Positions 12,151 through 24,724 of a stretch of 64,000 nt of DNA are shown here, piece after piece (position 1 is the first letter of the stretch; the number at the start of each line of letters is the position of its first letter). The notes beneath the pieces are model-generated. The model did no database searches. It had not been told where the DNA came from and saw nothing but the letters and a program-made list of their open reading frames with translations. A program made the position numbers and the translations under genes. This DNA is from Phallusia mammillata (Eukaryota): positions 12,834,001 through 12,898,000 of the forward strand of contig OZ281496.1 of assembly GCA_965637545.1 (NCBI GenBank). The letters are read 5' to 3'.

Positions 12151-13754
12151 AAGGTTTTTGTCTAACATTCATAGTAAACGTCTTACTTACGTTACTTACT
12201 ACGTAGTTTTCTGGAGATAACAACGTACATTGTCAACGTCAGTTTTCAAAACTTTTTTGCGACGTTTACTTTGAAAATACACAAGCATGTAACCATTTTT
12301 CGACTTTCTAGCGACGTTGGGAATGTCGAAACTACGTTGTTTGTTAGCTGGGATGTCAGTTAGACTGTTTGGACTGTATTATAATTGTGACGTTCTTGAT
12401 TGTATTTGGTTTAGGTGGTCAAAAATCCGTTTTAAATCAGTGGATAAATACGCGATTAATGTATCGATTCAGGAATCCGGCCCGCCGACTGGAGAAGTTG
12501 CCCGCCCCTGCTATAGGCAAACCATTTTCTGTGTGTCATTTTTGCTTTAAGTGCTCTCTTGAAAACTACGGGGGTAGGGAGAGGTCGTTTTAATAATTTG
12601 GAAAAAACTGGTGGAACTGCTCGACTGTGAAGAAATAATACTTACCACACAAATGAGACAAAATGTACCCAAACGTTTTATGCGCATTTCGAAACAGATT
12701 TTATTGGCTTTCGTTTTCAAAAGGGCATTCGTTTTTTAACCTGTATTTGCGTAGTGTGACGTCATTACGCTTTTAACATTTGCTATGACGACATCAAATT
12801 GTACAAGTTAAAAATCTCCAACATTTGCAATTGCGACCCTGCTTTCACCTCGCTAAAAAAGCATAACTACAAACAAACAAAAAAAACTTCCACAACCTTT
12901 TGTCACATGGTCGTTAATTGGACGTCAGAAAATTATTGTTGTGTTAGTAGCAAGCTGGACGACACGGCAGGCATGCGACCACGCGTACATATGATGATAT
13001 GACCTATCCACAAAAGACGAAAGTATGTTGTAATGTCCAAATCCTGCAGTACCAGGTTCGTACTTGTTTACACATTACAGCAGGATACTTTTTCTTTTGT
13101 TAGTTCTTTGCTAACTAACAACAATCCAGCCCAACCACGCAGTAAGGCAAGCAAACATACACACAATAATTTTGTCTTGTGCAATTATTATTAAAAAATT
13201 CGTTGGTACAAAACTTGGATTCAACGCATTAATTGCAGCCGCCTGATCAACACAATACGAATTGTTAGTGACGCTCAAAATTTGCGAGCGGCCACGGGCG
13301 GTAGGTTGCCCAGCCTTGAATAAGACCCATTAAAAGCCACTTTCTTTTTACTTTATTCCCTAATTTAATCGACTATTTCACATAATATTTGTCTATATTG
13401 AGGTGTATCATGATTACGGATTCTTGTTTTCTCTATTCGCCTGTTTAAAGCCGAAATTATTACCGAATTCCAACACGAGATTGCCATGTACATATTTTAA
13501 GGGGGCCACAGGTCCTACAGCAGTCCATGGTAATAAAACTTTTTTAGATAGTCGATTCTGCAAACTAGTGTTTGTCGTTGTAGGACTCTGCGACATGTAG
13601 TTTGTAACACATTGTTCATTAGCAACTTATATCTCATTTACCAAATAAAAAAGTTACATAAAAAGGTCTGGTGTGTATTAGGATTTTTTTTATAAATGAC
13701 GCTGGTTTGCAAGTTGGTGATATTCCAAGATGTTCCAAGAAGTTCAGAACATTA

Positions 13755-14347
13755 CCTTTGGTGTGTAGTCTTCTGAAAAACAGGGGACAAGCAATCGCAC
13801 ATATGCCCCTAATCATCCAAGAGTTTAGGAAGCGTCTTTATTACTTGTAGCGAGTTTATGAGGCGATCAAGTACATTGCTTATCTCTACACAACTGAAGG
13901 TTCCAATGTCGGGAGGCAAGTTTTAAGCATCTCCCACTGAAAAAATGCACCTGCTCCGATCCTAATTTCATTAGAAAAATACGTGTTTTACTTAAATATG
14001 TGTTCACAAAAATACACACCTAATCAGATTGCTTGTTAAAAATATTTATTTTGTACAAAAAGACAGGTCCTTTTCAATTTTATAGCATAACATTTTTGTT
14101 TCAAAACTAACTAATCGGCATAGTTTTGAAAGGATACTTACAATTGAGTCCGGTATCTCGGCCATCATTTCCGTTTGCAGATCGCCTTCGTCACACGAAT
14201 AAATTGTCGCTTTCCCGTTTTGCTTCAGCTTTTCACAAAACTCTATTAAGCTTTGGAACAGTCGAGGCCGACAACGATTTCAAATTTTGGAACGTCACAC
14301 CACAAACACAACATCCAAGATCGAGAGTCATAAATCCTTTCGCTCAT
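13755..14347 (-). pseudogene. SAM-dependent methyltransferase resembling the OvoA C-terminal (mercaptohistidine N-methyltransferase) domain
   Basis: Pieces across frames and introns: MSERIY, TLDLGC, FEIVVGLDCS, LIEFCEKLKQNGKATIYSCDEGDLQTEMMAEIPDSI|, KRTCLFVQ, GDA*NLPPDIGTFSCVEISNVLDRL, GICAIACP..FSEDYTPK|. Stops and frameshifts are present. Confidence 0.7.
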
Positions 14348-15275
14348 TTTCTTTTTGGCAATGACGTAATTGTGAGTTAAGCGCACTGTTTAAAACGACT
14401 TTAACTCTTAATTGCTGTGTAGAAGTCAACCACCATAGGTAACAACAGTCATTACAGTTGCCAGTCAAATAAATAGCAGATCTCTTCCTCTTGTGCATTT
14501 AGTAACAGGAAATCATTTCAGAGTGAGGCTAAACTATGTGCATCCTGCATAAATGCTACTGCTTCTCACTGTAAAGCTCGTCACAATTAGTCCGTTTGAC
14601 TTAAGGTGCAGCCTAAAAGCGTACATAAAGTACATGTGGTATTGCGTAAAAAACATTTAAAATGACTTAAATTTAGACCTGCATTGGTATGATTATGTTG
14701 TCAAAGTAATATAAAGTTAAAAGTGGGTTGGTTGCATGATGACATCATGTCTGCACAACATTTGTGCTGCGAGACGGTTCTAATTCTACCAGTGTTGTAT
14801 TGTTTCCACAAAAATGAGTGTCTGGTCTAATCATAGCATAAATATTAATTTAAAAAATATTTGTTTTTCTGTTGCGGAACCGGTACATCAAACTTTGTCC
14901 TATGTTTAAGATTACACACACACGAGTGGTTATGGGGCTGTCGTACTAAGCAAATAAAATATAGCGACGAAAGAAATCACGACTGCACTGGCCGCCCGTA
15001 ACTGACACAAAATAGCAGTTCAACTTTCTGAAAGTGCAAAAAGCTCGGTTGTTTTGACTAAATACCTTGTTGTGTGCGTCAAAATCGCGTGTTGCTTTCA
15101 TTACTTGATTTTGTTTTTCAGCCCACGCCTGAAGAACTGTTGTTGTTCACTGACGTAGTGCATTGATAACTCTATAGCAGGGGTATCCAACTCTTACACA
15201 CCGCCGTACCAATTTTGTTTTCAAAAAATATACTCTTGTGCCAACGTTGGTACTTTTTCCAAACCATGCCGTAAC

Positions 15276-15806
15276 CAGGGGTCCGCAAATACTTTTTGGC
15301 GCGACCCTAAAAAATAGCTCGAAATTCTCGCGACCCAAGCATTTTGTTAGCATGTAAGTTTGTGGAAAATCCAAGCAACTAAATATCAATATTAAGACTG
15401 CTTTTATGCTATTGTCAGTTGCTATTATCACATAAAACAGTAGGTAAATGAACGTATTTATTCTACAAATGATAACGGTGGGCTCTGTGTTTAGCACACA
15501 GGAAATCAATTCGAGGTATTTTTTGTGAGACGGCAACCCTAGTCTTGATATGTATTTGCTTTTAATATAAGATAGTGCAGGAAACGCATGACTGCTTGCA
15601 CAGGTTCGCTCAACTTATTGCATTGTTACGTAGACTGTATTTAACAGTTACTTAATCATATGTAACAAAGCAATAATAATAATTAAAAGGCTAAAAAAGC
15701 CGAAGTTCATTAATACTGTAGATGCGCACTTGTATTGATGGGAAATTTTGAAATATTTCGCGACCCAGACTGGAAGGTCTCGCGACCCACTATTTGCGGA
15801 CCCCTG
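15276..15806. mobile_element. hAT-type MITE (left-arm copy)
   Basis: TIRs caggggtccgcaaata / tatttgcggacccctg and cgcgaccc subterminal motifs; no clean TSD. Confidence 0.8.
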
Positions 15807-16599
15807 ATCTATGAGAGGCCACACCAGTTACATCCGTTTATAACAATTAAATTACATAAAATATTGAAAAAAAGGTGCGAAACAAGCGTCGCGATTGATT
15901 ATTAAAGCATGTCGCTTTTTAAGTATAAGTTATGAGTGCCATTTTTTCGTCGATAAAAATATGTTTATTGCATTGTGACCGTAAACTTGTAATCACCATA
16001 GTCAAGGCTTTTAATTTAATTCTAGACTAACAAGCAAAGAGCGAATGCTATTATTGTGAACGAGTAACTGAATTGCTTCCGGTATGACGGGAACCCTTAG
16101 ACGTCTGCAATCACGTAACAAGTTGGTAGTTTGGTAAGAGAAGGCAAAACAAACACATGAACTTAGCAGGGTGATAAAACTCGTCTGTAAAAGGTGGATT
16201 GTGATTATCTGAACTTTGATAACGTAACTTTGACCAAAGACCAGTAACACGCCAGTGGTCTACCTAGCTGTACACGTGGCCAACAGAAATGCAAACCTTT
16301 GCAATTCTAAACTACTGCAATGTGTAGACTAATTGCAAAAAAATTCCAACATCAGTTCTTTAATTTGTTTTGGCAAACATCGCACGCACACAGTTTTTTT
16401 AGCAAAGTCAATTAAAAATCCTCGGTTGTCACGAAAACGCAATTTCCATTTTACAAAAATGTCTGCTGCAAATTGTCTTATTCCTTATTTGTGTCAGGTT
16501 TTACCGCATCATTAAATATTACACGAAAACAAATGTCAACCGTGATGGCGGTGTCAAATTTCTGGTGGTCGCATCATCAGTTGTACACGTTTATCAAGC

Positions 16600-16606
16600 T
16601 ATAAAA
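16600..16606 (+). promoter_or_regulatory. Candidate TATA box of intelectin (mirrored at 24854-24860)
   Basis: TATAAAA about 135 bp upstream of the ATG at 16736. Confidence 0.45.
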
Positions 16607-16735
16607 AGCTGAAAGCTTTGCTGGCAAATGCACTTACCTTGTTACAAACAAGAGCTACGATTGTTGTTTATCCGTTTGGATGAAAAAGGGCGAGACAATA
16701 TAGCTTTTAAAACATTTCTCATTTACTGTCAAAAC

Positions 16736-17789
16736 ATGAAAGCTGCAAAATTGGTCGTGATATTTGTCACTTTGGTGCAAGTTTCCCTCTGCCAAAGATG
16801 CAAACTCGTCACAGAAAAAAACGTACTGTGAGAATGAAATTGGAGCAAATGTACAAGGTAAGTTATTTTGTTCATTTGTTTACGTGTAATTACTGGTCCC
16901 CGTCATCTCTAAAGGAAAACCACGAAGCTGCCAAATCATCAAGTCAGCTTCACCATACGCTACCAGTGGCATATATTCACTTCAAGATTCAAGTGGATTT
17001 GAATACCAGACATATTGTGACATGGAGACTGATGGTGGCGGGTGGAACCTGGTTGCTTCCGTTCACGAAAACAACGCACAACCAAATGGAGCGTGTACAA
17101 CCGGTGACAGATGGTCCAGTGAACACGGAAACTCGGCATATCAGCCGAAAAGTGAATCTTGGGAAAACTTGAATATATTTGGAAACGTCGTTGAGGCTAC
17201 CGATGATGATTTTAAAAACCCGGGATATTTTGATATTGAGGGCAAAAACGTAATGATTTGGCAGGTATGTGCGTACCAGTACCTTTATATTACACTGATT
17301 TATACTCTAAAACATTTTAAGGTTCCAAATAGCACACCTCTAAAGGATTGGAAAGCTACAGAACCTATTATCCAGTTGTGTCACGTCAATATACCTGGCC
17401 AGGAGATAATGGTCCAGCAGAACCTGTTGTGTTTGACAAAGGCAACGACACAGTTCTGGTTAATCAGTTTGGACCAAACGTTTTACCTCATTTAATATCA
17501 GGATACATTCAGGTAAGAAGTTAATCGTTTAGGCAACAAATACAAAATATTTACGTTTTGTTGCCTATGACCAGTTTCGTGTGTTGAATGGAGAAGGAGA
17601 CGCCTATGCTTTGTGTCCTGGGATTAAAGTTCGTCCAACCTCAACTGTCTTGGATCAACAGGATACAACATTGCTGACAAGTACTGCGGTGATTTCGCAG
17701 CATGGTCCTACAATGGATATGGCACTCATACAGAATGGAGTGTAAGCAAACAGCTAATTGAAAGTTCGTTTCTTATTTTCTACAAGTAA
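16736..17789 (+). pseudogene. ITLN: Intelectin (X-type lectin) pseudogene, copy A
   Basis: Signal peptide MKAAKLVVIFVTLVQVSLC; PRSC, YQTYCDMETDGGGWNLVASVHENN, CTTGDRWSS, ATDDDFKNPGYFDI, DNGPAEPVVFDKG, GYIQFRV, ALCPGIKV, YCGDFAAWSYNGYGTH, LIFYK*. Disabled by a +1 in an A7 run, a deletion of about 70 bp near 17357 and a last-exon frameshift. Confidence 0.93.
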
Positions 17790-19574
17790 TAAGAATCCAT
17801 TTTCCATTTTCTTCTGTAATATTTTTTCAGTCGAATCTTTCACAATATTTTGTCACTTCAGAAGACACTCTCTCGTTACAACCCCCTACTAATATCGTTT
17901 TTTTTTTTTACAAAAGGACATAGTAAATCTATCTGACAATACTACACGTCAATGCGTACTCTTGATCCTGTAGTTTAGACTAACTCTAAACTTTAGAGAA
18001 ATGTGTTGCGGCTATTTTGTCTTTCATTTAATATTATTTCTCTCATTTTGTCCACCCATTTCGGTGTTTACGTTTCATTCATTATTACAAACATGACCCT
18101 AAAGTTAAGTGAGAAAAGGTATTATTGTCAACTTCATCACAAAAATACTTCTGTTTCACAATATCTTTCGTTTTTTTTCGGAACAATAAACGAAAACACG
18201 AAACAAAATATGACGCGGTATGCATCGTTGATTTGTGCCGTTACCACAAAGGATTGGCGACAGTGCCCAGACTGCCGTAACTCACCTAATCGCTCAATAC
18301 TTTCCAAACGAACTCCTTATTTACACACAAATTAGGTTCCAAATCGGAATATTCCGTTACTAGGGTGGTTATCGAAAATCTCCCCGCGACCAAACAGCAA
18401 TTTTGAACCAGACTTACCGTATTATCCTATGTTGGAGCTGTTTTGTTCCTAGCCCTGTTAAACCGCCTACTTCAAAAAAAACTTAAATGTGTAAAATTTA
18501 CTACCAGTTGCGTATGAGGCGCACATCGCAATTTACAGTTTAGCGAAACATTACATTAAGTTGGTAACACTGACATAATAAACAAAGCAAAAATCCCCTA
18601 AATGGTAAGTTTATCACCAAAACAGCCCAATACACAGCTTAATTAGCGTCATCTAAACTTTGGAAGAAAAACACACGGAACAAACGATCGTCTGTTGTTT
18701 AATCATGTCTAAACTTTTCAATATTTAGAGCGAACTCTTAATACTGTTGTATTATTGTTTGTACGTTATGTTCTATTTCCATAGTTGCGCCATATATCAA
18801 GAACTCGCGTGATCTCTAAACGGCATGCAACTAAAGACTTCTAGACAATGAGTGCTTGCCTACGCCAGAATGCCACAATTACTATTAGGCTGAATATGCT
18901 TATAGGTATACATATTCTGAAAACCACATGCAAACAATTGAAATCTTTAAAGTTGTGTTGTTCATAGAACGGTATCGATACTGAACTATGGTAGTTAGGG
19001 AATGGAAGTAACTTTTCTGGAATTCAGCTAAAGTGAATGAATGGATGAGTGACAGATAAAAGATTAGTTTGAGTAGCCCCTCCGCACTGTGTGTAAAATA
19101 GTTACTCTACCTAGAAACTCTGCATGTAATTCAGCACGACAAACCTGCGTCGGCCACTTGTGTTTCCCTGAGCAAGAAACTGAGGCGGCATAGTTCTAAC
19201 CTGTGAAAACCACAGGTTGAATTAACCTGAGTTTTCCCGACCAATCGATGTGAGAGCAAAATGAAGTGCAAAAATATCTTTCCTAGCATCGTACATTAAA
19301 CCGTTTTACATGGTCATGTTCGCAAGTGGGTTCTAACCCGTATAGTTGACCAATCGTCCGCTTGTTTCCGTGACGAACGCGGTAACGGCATATTTACACG
19401 CGGCGTGTTGCTGTTAATTTGTCTTATAAATCAAACATGAACGGTTCTGAAGCGGAAATGCTATTGCTACTGCAGCCATTTAGCAATTGTCGCAGTGGGC
19501 AGAGATTGAGACTTACTTGGATGTTTTGTAGAACACCTACAATTAAATTGTAGAATTGTAGAATAGGCCGTCCA

Positions 19575-20262
19575 TGGATGTTGCCAAGGTTTGTTTTTAT
19601 AAACTGTATGCATTTTTTGTTGTTGTAATAATTTGGTACATCTTTTTAGTTGATCCTACAAAACCAGTGAGATACTTACATAGCACAGTTTGGTAGCAAT
19701 AGCATGATGTTGTTGTGCTTGGACAAATAATTTGAATTGTATCCTATATTCTTTAGATCTAATCATTGGTGGAACACTATTGTTCCTGGTTTTAATGATG
19801 CCAAATGGGTGACCACTTTCATTTGCAGCACAATGATTTCAGGAAACTTGCTTTAAAGTTGTGGATCGACATGAAGCCAGGTTTCCTTAACTTCCCATTA
19901 TAAGCGAGACGCTTTGAAATAAAACTAACTTGTTTTGTGTTCAGAAAAACTATGTGGAAAGAAAGGCTATATCTATTGATAAGCGAGTTGCAATTTGAAT
20001 TTTCAAACTAGCTTCAGCTAGAATACAGGCTGTTGAACAGTTATTTGGAGTTGGTGATGCATCAGTGCACAATTGCTTAATATGGTAAAACATTGTTGGT
20101 TTTTCATTAAGTCCACAAGTACTAAAGAGATGCAATTTTGTTACCAAATTAGGTTGTGTGATGTATTGTGCAAACATATTTCCAAATGTATAAAATGCCT
20201 GGACTGGAAGAAGCAGTTTCGATTGCCAATCAGATTATAACAGAAAGCCATTTCCCGCAGGT
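19575..20262 (+). pseudogene. Decayed Harbinger transposase fragment
   Basis: WWNTIVPGFNDAKWVDHF, KAISIDKRVAI*IFKLASA, QLFGVGDASVHNC and HFPQ| parallel the N-terminal half of 5182-6785. Confidence 0.7.
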
Positions 20263-20517
20263 ATGGTTGACTACTAAAATGGCAAACTTGTATAAAAGAC
20301 ATGTTTTTTAGAACCCTTGCACTAATTACACAAATATATTGGTACTATTTAACATGCATTTGCCACGTTTTAATATTTATGTGTAAAGTTTTTTTGAAAC
20401 ACAGTAATAGTAGGCGTTATGGTTGGGTACATTACGCGGGAATTAATTTCGTTTGGCCAGTTTTTCTGTAGCCTATTTGTATTTACCGTCTGTCTTACCG
20501 AAAACAAATTTTACAAA

Positions 20518-21180
20518 ATGGCTGAGGCATGGGGCAAATTAAAAAATGAAATGAAACTTAAGCGTTCAAAGGATCCAGAAAATAAAAAAACAAAGTCAAT
20601 TTTTTTAAAGATTGGAGCTCGTCAATTTGTTCCAAACTTGTTTGAAGAGATCACCATTAAAAATAATAAAGAGCCGTGTAACAATCACTTCTCATTTGAC
20701 GACCAAGGTTTGACTTGTGATGTTCTGGCTGAAGAGCAAGGTCCATCCTGTTTTATTAAATCAGCAACCTAATTTCAGTGTACTCCATATGGGAGCTATT
20801 TGCAAACAAAGTCAGTCATCTTGCAGTGAAGTATTAACATTGGCTTCTCCAGTAAAAGCATCCAATCGTCAAGCATTAAGAGAAGAAAAACAAATAGTAC
20901 AATTAAACCTGAATTCAGTGTGGAAAGTGAACAATGTGTGCTGAGAGAAGATGTAATTACAAAAAGTCTCTCAGTTTTAGATATGATGCAATTGGGATGT
21001 GCAATGAAAGCTACAACCACCAGAATAAAACTTTCAGAATGTCATATTTCCAATTTGCTTTGGGGTACTGAAACAGAAGTTGACATTCAGGTCGAGAAAG
21101 ATAGTTTCAGTGAAGGTGGATTTAGGAAAGCATTTCCAGGAACCTAGGTTTTGAAAAAGTATCTTCCTTCCACTCTGACT
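20518..21180 (+). pseudogene. Alpha-kinase-like (eEF2K/TRPM6-type) gene fragment, intronless, truncated
   Basis: KIGARQFVP..CDVLAEEQGPSC..KSLSVLDMMQLG..VEKDSFSEGGFRKAF..VLKKYL resembles the alpha-kinase N-lobe (F.xGxFRxAF..VxKxY). Frameshifts and stops are present. Confidence 0.55.
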
Positions 21181-21184
21181 TTTA

Positions 21185-22270
21185 CTGCCGAAAACAAAGC
21201 AGTTTTTGCAGGAATCGCAAAAAAAAACTGTTTCTTCTGGATCGTACATGAGCTTAGGGTTGTGCAAAAGTTTAAGAAGTTCTATCATTTCAGCATTACG
21301 GCGTTGAGAAATCCTGTTTTTGACTGCATTTAGCATTTGTGTACAAATCGGCGTGGCTTCTCTTTCCAATTGACAAAAAATAAACCGAAATGTAGCATCT
21401 GCCGTCAAACGTGGGGCGTTTCGCGAAGATATTGTCTTTAATGACGCTTTGACAAGTTCTTGTAGTTGGGTAATTTCATCCACACCAATAGAAATACTGA
21501 GGTTGAAATGAATTTGCGCCTTAGCGACTTCGTTTTTCACCTCTAAATAGGCACGAAGCATTTGCAAGAACTGTTCCACCTTGTTTTGCTGTCTAATTTT
21601 AATTGCAGTTCTTTGCCCTTACCTTCTTCTTTTATGTAAGACTGCAGCTTGTCGTTTTTCAGCGGGGATTTTCATTTGTGCCAGTTTTCTTACCTTTTCT
21701 ATCACAGCTGATAGTTCCTGGCGCGAAATGGGCAAAGGTTTGCTGACAACAGGTCAAAGCTGTCCCAGTCCGTCGTCAGAAAACTCATCATTGGACTCTT
21801 TCACAAAATTTGGATAATCTTTCAATATTTCGATGTGTCATCAGCTACTAACGAGGATTTGTGTTATTGTGTACATCACATTACACACAGCTAGATGGAG
21901 GGCATGAGCAAAACACTGCTGGTGCTCGTCCAAGCCAACCTTTCAAATTTCACCATTGTCGCGACACCGTCGGTTACACAGCCAAATACTTGCTTCAAAA
22001 ATCCAAGCCGAAGTCATTTAGATGTTTGGTAACAAGTTGGCAACTCTTTTCTGCAGATAAACTTCCCTTGATTCGTACCATACCCAGACTTATCTTTTTC
22101 TTGAAAAGGGAATCAATCAAAGATTGTTTTTTGGGGTGCCGGTGGTTGAATGGCACAAACGGAGAAATAACGGTTCTAAATCATTTTCCATGCTTAGGGT
22201 GACACATCTCCTTTGACTTGATGTCTGCTGCATGTGAAGCAAATCCATTGTTGACCACCAACAACAAAAT
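21185..22270 (-). pseudogene. Decayed hAT transposase
   Basis: MVKFERL, EHQQCFAHALHLAVCNVMY (CxxH), and later RISQRRNAEMIELLKLLHNP. Confidence 0.65.
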
Positions 22271-22785
22271 CTACAGCAAACGATTTTAAAGAATCGGTGT
22301 AATTGTGACAGTGGTATATTTTAACTTGCTTGGACGGCACAAATCAACGATGCATATCGCGTCATATTTTGTTTCGTGTTTCCGTTTATTGTTCCGAAAA
22401 AAAACGAAAGATATTGTGAAACAGAAGTATTTTTGTGATGAAGTTGACAATAATACCAAGTTTCTCACTTAACTTTAGGGTCATGTTTGTAATAATGAAT
22501 GAAACGCAAACACCGAAATGGGTGGACAAAATGAGAGAAATAATATTAAATGAAAGACAAAATAGCCGCAACACATTTCTCTAAAGTTTAGAGTTAGTCT
22601 AAACTACAGGATCAAGAGTACGCATTGACGTGTAGTATTGTCAGATAGATTTACTATGTCCTTTTGTAAAAAAAAAACGATATTAGTAGGGGGTTGTAAC
22701 GAGAGAGTGTCTTCTGAAGTGACAAAATATTGTGAAAGATTCGACTGAAAAAATATTACAGAAGAAAATGGAAAATGGATTCTTA

Positions 22786-24724
22786 TTACTTGTAGAAAAT
22801 AAGAAACGAACTTTCAATTACCGTAATTTTTCATGCATAATATGCACCCTAAAAATGGCATGTCGATGCTGGAAAAAAGCCTGTACGCACCCAAACTTTG
22901 ACTCTTACTTAAGTCCGTGAACGTAAAATTATTTCAGAAAAAAGAGCATCTTTGGGAATAACCGGATGTTATTCTGCCGGTCGGTATCACTGCGCATGCG
23001 CTAGCAAACTCGATAGCGAAGAAATGTTTCGGATTTGTGTAGGGTACATTGTGACAGCAAACGAGCAGGTGATCGAGTAAGCGTCTGATACAAGAGCATT
23101 GTGTTCGTATGGAGCGTGTTTGAAGTGAACAGCAGCCATCTTGATGAAACTGCTAATTAAACTGTGAATTGAAACTAATAGGTAGAGAACTGAACTCTCG
23201 CTCTTTGTATAGCTGACGTGTCTTGCGCATCCGTTCTGCGCATCGGATCCGAATTTCCGCCGCCGAGTTCGAATATCAAGCGCCATATAGGTGTTGATTT
23301 TTAAACTAGTACTGTATTGGCGGCCTCCACATGATATCCGGTCTGCGATGGAGATTAAAAAACAAACAATATTTGACAATAACACACCATCAAGGATTGC
23401 ACCATCGCATCAAACGAAGTGTCATCAATTATGAATTTTACTGACTAAGTGTGTTTGGCAGGATGGCTGAATGTGATGCGCGATTGACAACAAACAAGAA
23501 GAAAGGTGTGATTTCAAGTTTTATTTCGAGGGAGATTTTCTTCAAAAATTGTTGTACCCATGCATAATGCGCACCCCAGATTTTAGGACAATAAATTAAT
23601 TAAATTTTGCGCATTATACACGGAAAATTACGGTAGCTGTTTGCTTACACTCCATTCTGTATGAGTGCCATATCCATTGTAGGACCATGCTGCGAAATCA
23701 CCGCAGTACTTGTCAGCAATGTTGTATCCTGTTGATCCAAGACAGTTGAGGTTGGACGAACTTTAATCCCAGGACACAAAGCATAGGCGCCTCCTTCTCC
23801 ATTCAACACACGAAACTGGTCATAGGCAACAAAACGTAAATATTTTGTATTTGTTGCCTAAACGATTAACTTCTAACCTGAATGTATCCTGATATTAAAT
23901 GAGGTAAAACGTTTGGTCCAAACTGATTAACCAGAACTGTGTCGTTGCCTTTGTCAAACACAACAGGTTCTGCTGGACCATTATCTCCTGGCCAGGTATA
24001 TTGACGTGACACAACTGGATAATAGGTTTTGTACAAGTTGTAGAGGTTTCCATTGAAGTTGTTCAGAAAGTTGGACGTTGTTCAGTACCGAAAGTGCGAT
24101 GAAGCTTTCCAATCCTTTAGAGGTGTGCTATTTGGAACCTTAAAATCTTTTAGAGTATAAATCAGTGTAATATAAAGGTACTGGTACGCACATACCTGCC
24201 AAATCATTACGTTTTTGCCCTCAATATCAAAATATCCCGGGTTTTTAAAATCATCATCGGTAGCCTCAACGACGTTTCCAAATATATTCAAGTTTTCCCA
24301 AGATTCACTTTTCGGCTGATATGCCGAGTTTCCGTGTTCGCTGGACCATCTGTCACCGGTTGTACACGCTCCATTTGGTTGTGCGTTGTTTTCGTGAACA
24401 GAAGCAACCAGGTTCCACCCGCCACCATCAGTCTCCATGTCACAATATGTCTGGTATTCAAATCCACTTGAATCTTGAAGTGAATATATGCCACTGGTAG
24501 CGTATGGTGAAGCTGACTTGATGATTTGGCAGCTTCGTGGTTTTCCTTTAGAGATGACGGGGACCAGTAATTACACGTAAACAAATGAACAAAATAACTT
24601 ACCTTATACATTTGCTCCAATTTCATTCTCACAGTACGTTTTTTTCTGTGACGAGTTTGCATCTTTGGCAGAGGGAAACTTGCACCAAAGTGACAAATAT
24701 CACGACCAATTTTGCAGCTTTCAT
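22786..24724 (-). pseudogene. ITLN: Intelectin pseudogene, copy B
   Basis: Same motifs and the same two frameshifts as copy A. It retains the segment deleted in A but has TGA at 24082 and a transposon in the last exon. Confidence 0.93.
22821..23633. mobile_element. Non-autonomous Tc1/mariner (pogo/Tigger-like) element
   Basis: TIRs ccgtaatttt / aaaattacgg with TA TSD. The empty site (cagcTAattg) is visible in the left arm. Confidence 0.93.

Larger units (their letters stand above)
6930..12352 (-). mobile_element. EnSpm/CACTA element, 5' portion
   Basis: Transposase, long subterminal arrays and the terminus ...tgttagctggg (CCCAGCTAACA on the minus strand), which is typical of animal EnSpm. 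Confidence 0.8.
14278..18241 (+). repeat. Left arm of large inverted duplication
   Basis: Near-identical reverse complement of 22334-27087; duplicated ORFs are visible in the ORF track (e.g. 16628 vs 24832, 16798 vs 24662). Confidence 0.97.

Noticed and set aside
12950-13600. Further 3' exons of the methyltransferase (e.g. RSYHHMYAWSHAC)
   Set aside because: The similarity is too weak to support by eye.
19080-19260. SINE-like motif (tgtgtttccctgagcaagaaact)
   Set aside because: No clear Pol III A/B boxes or TSD.
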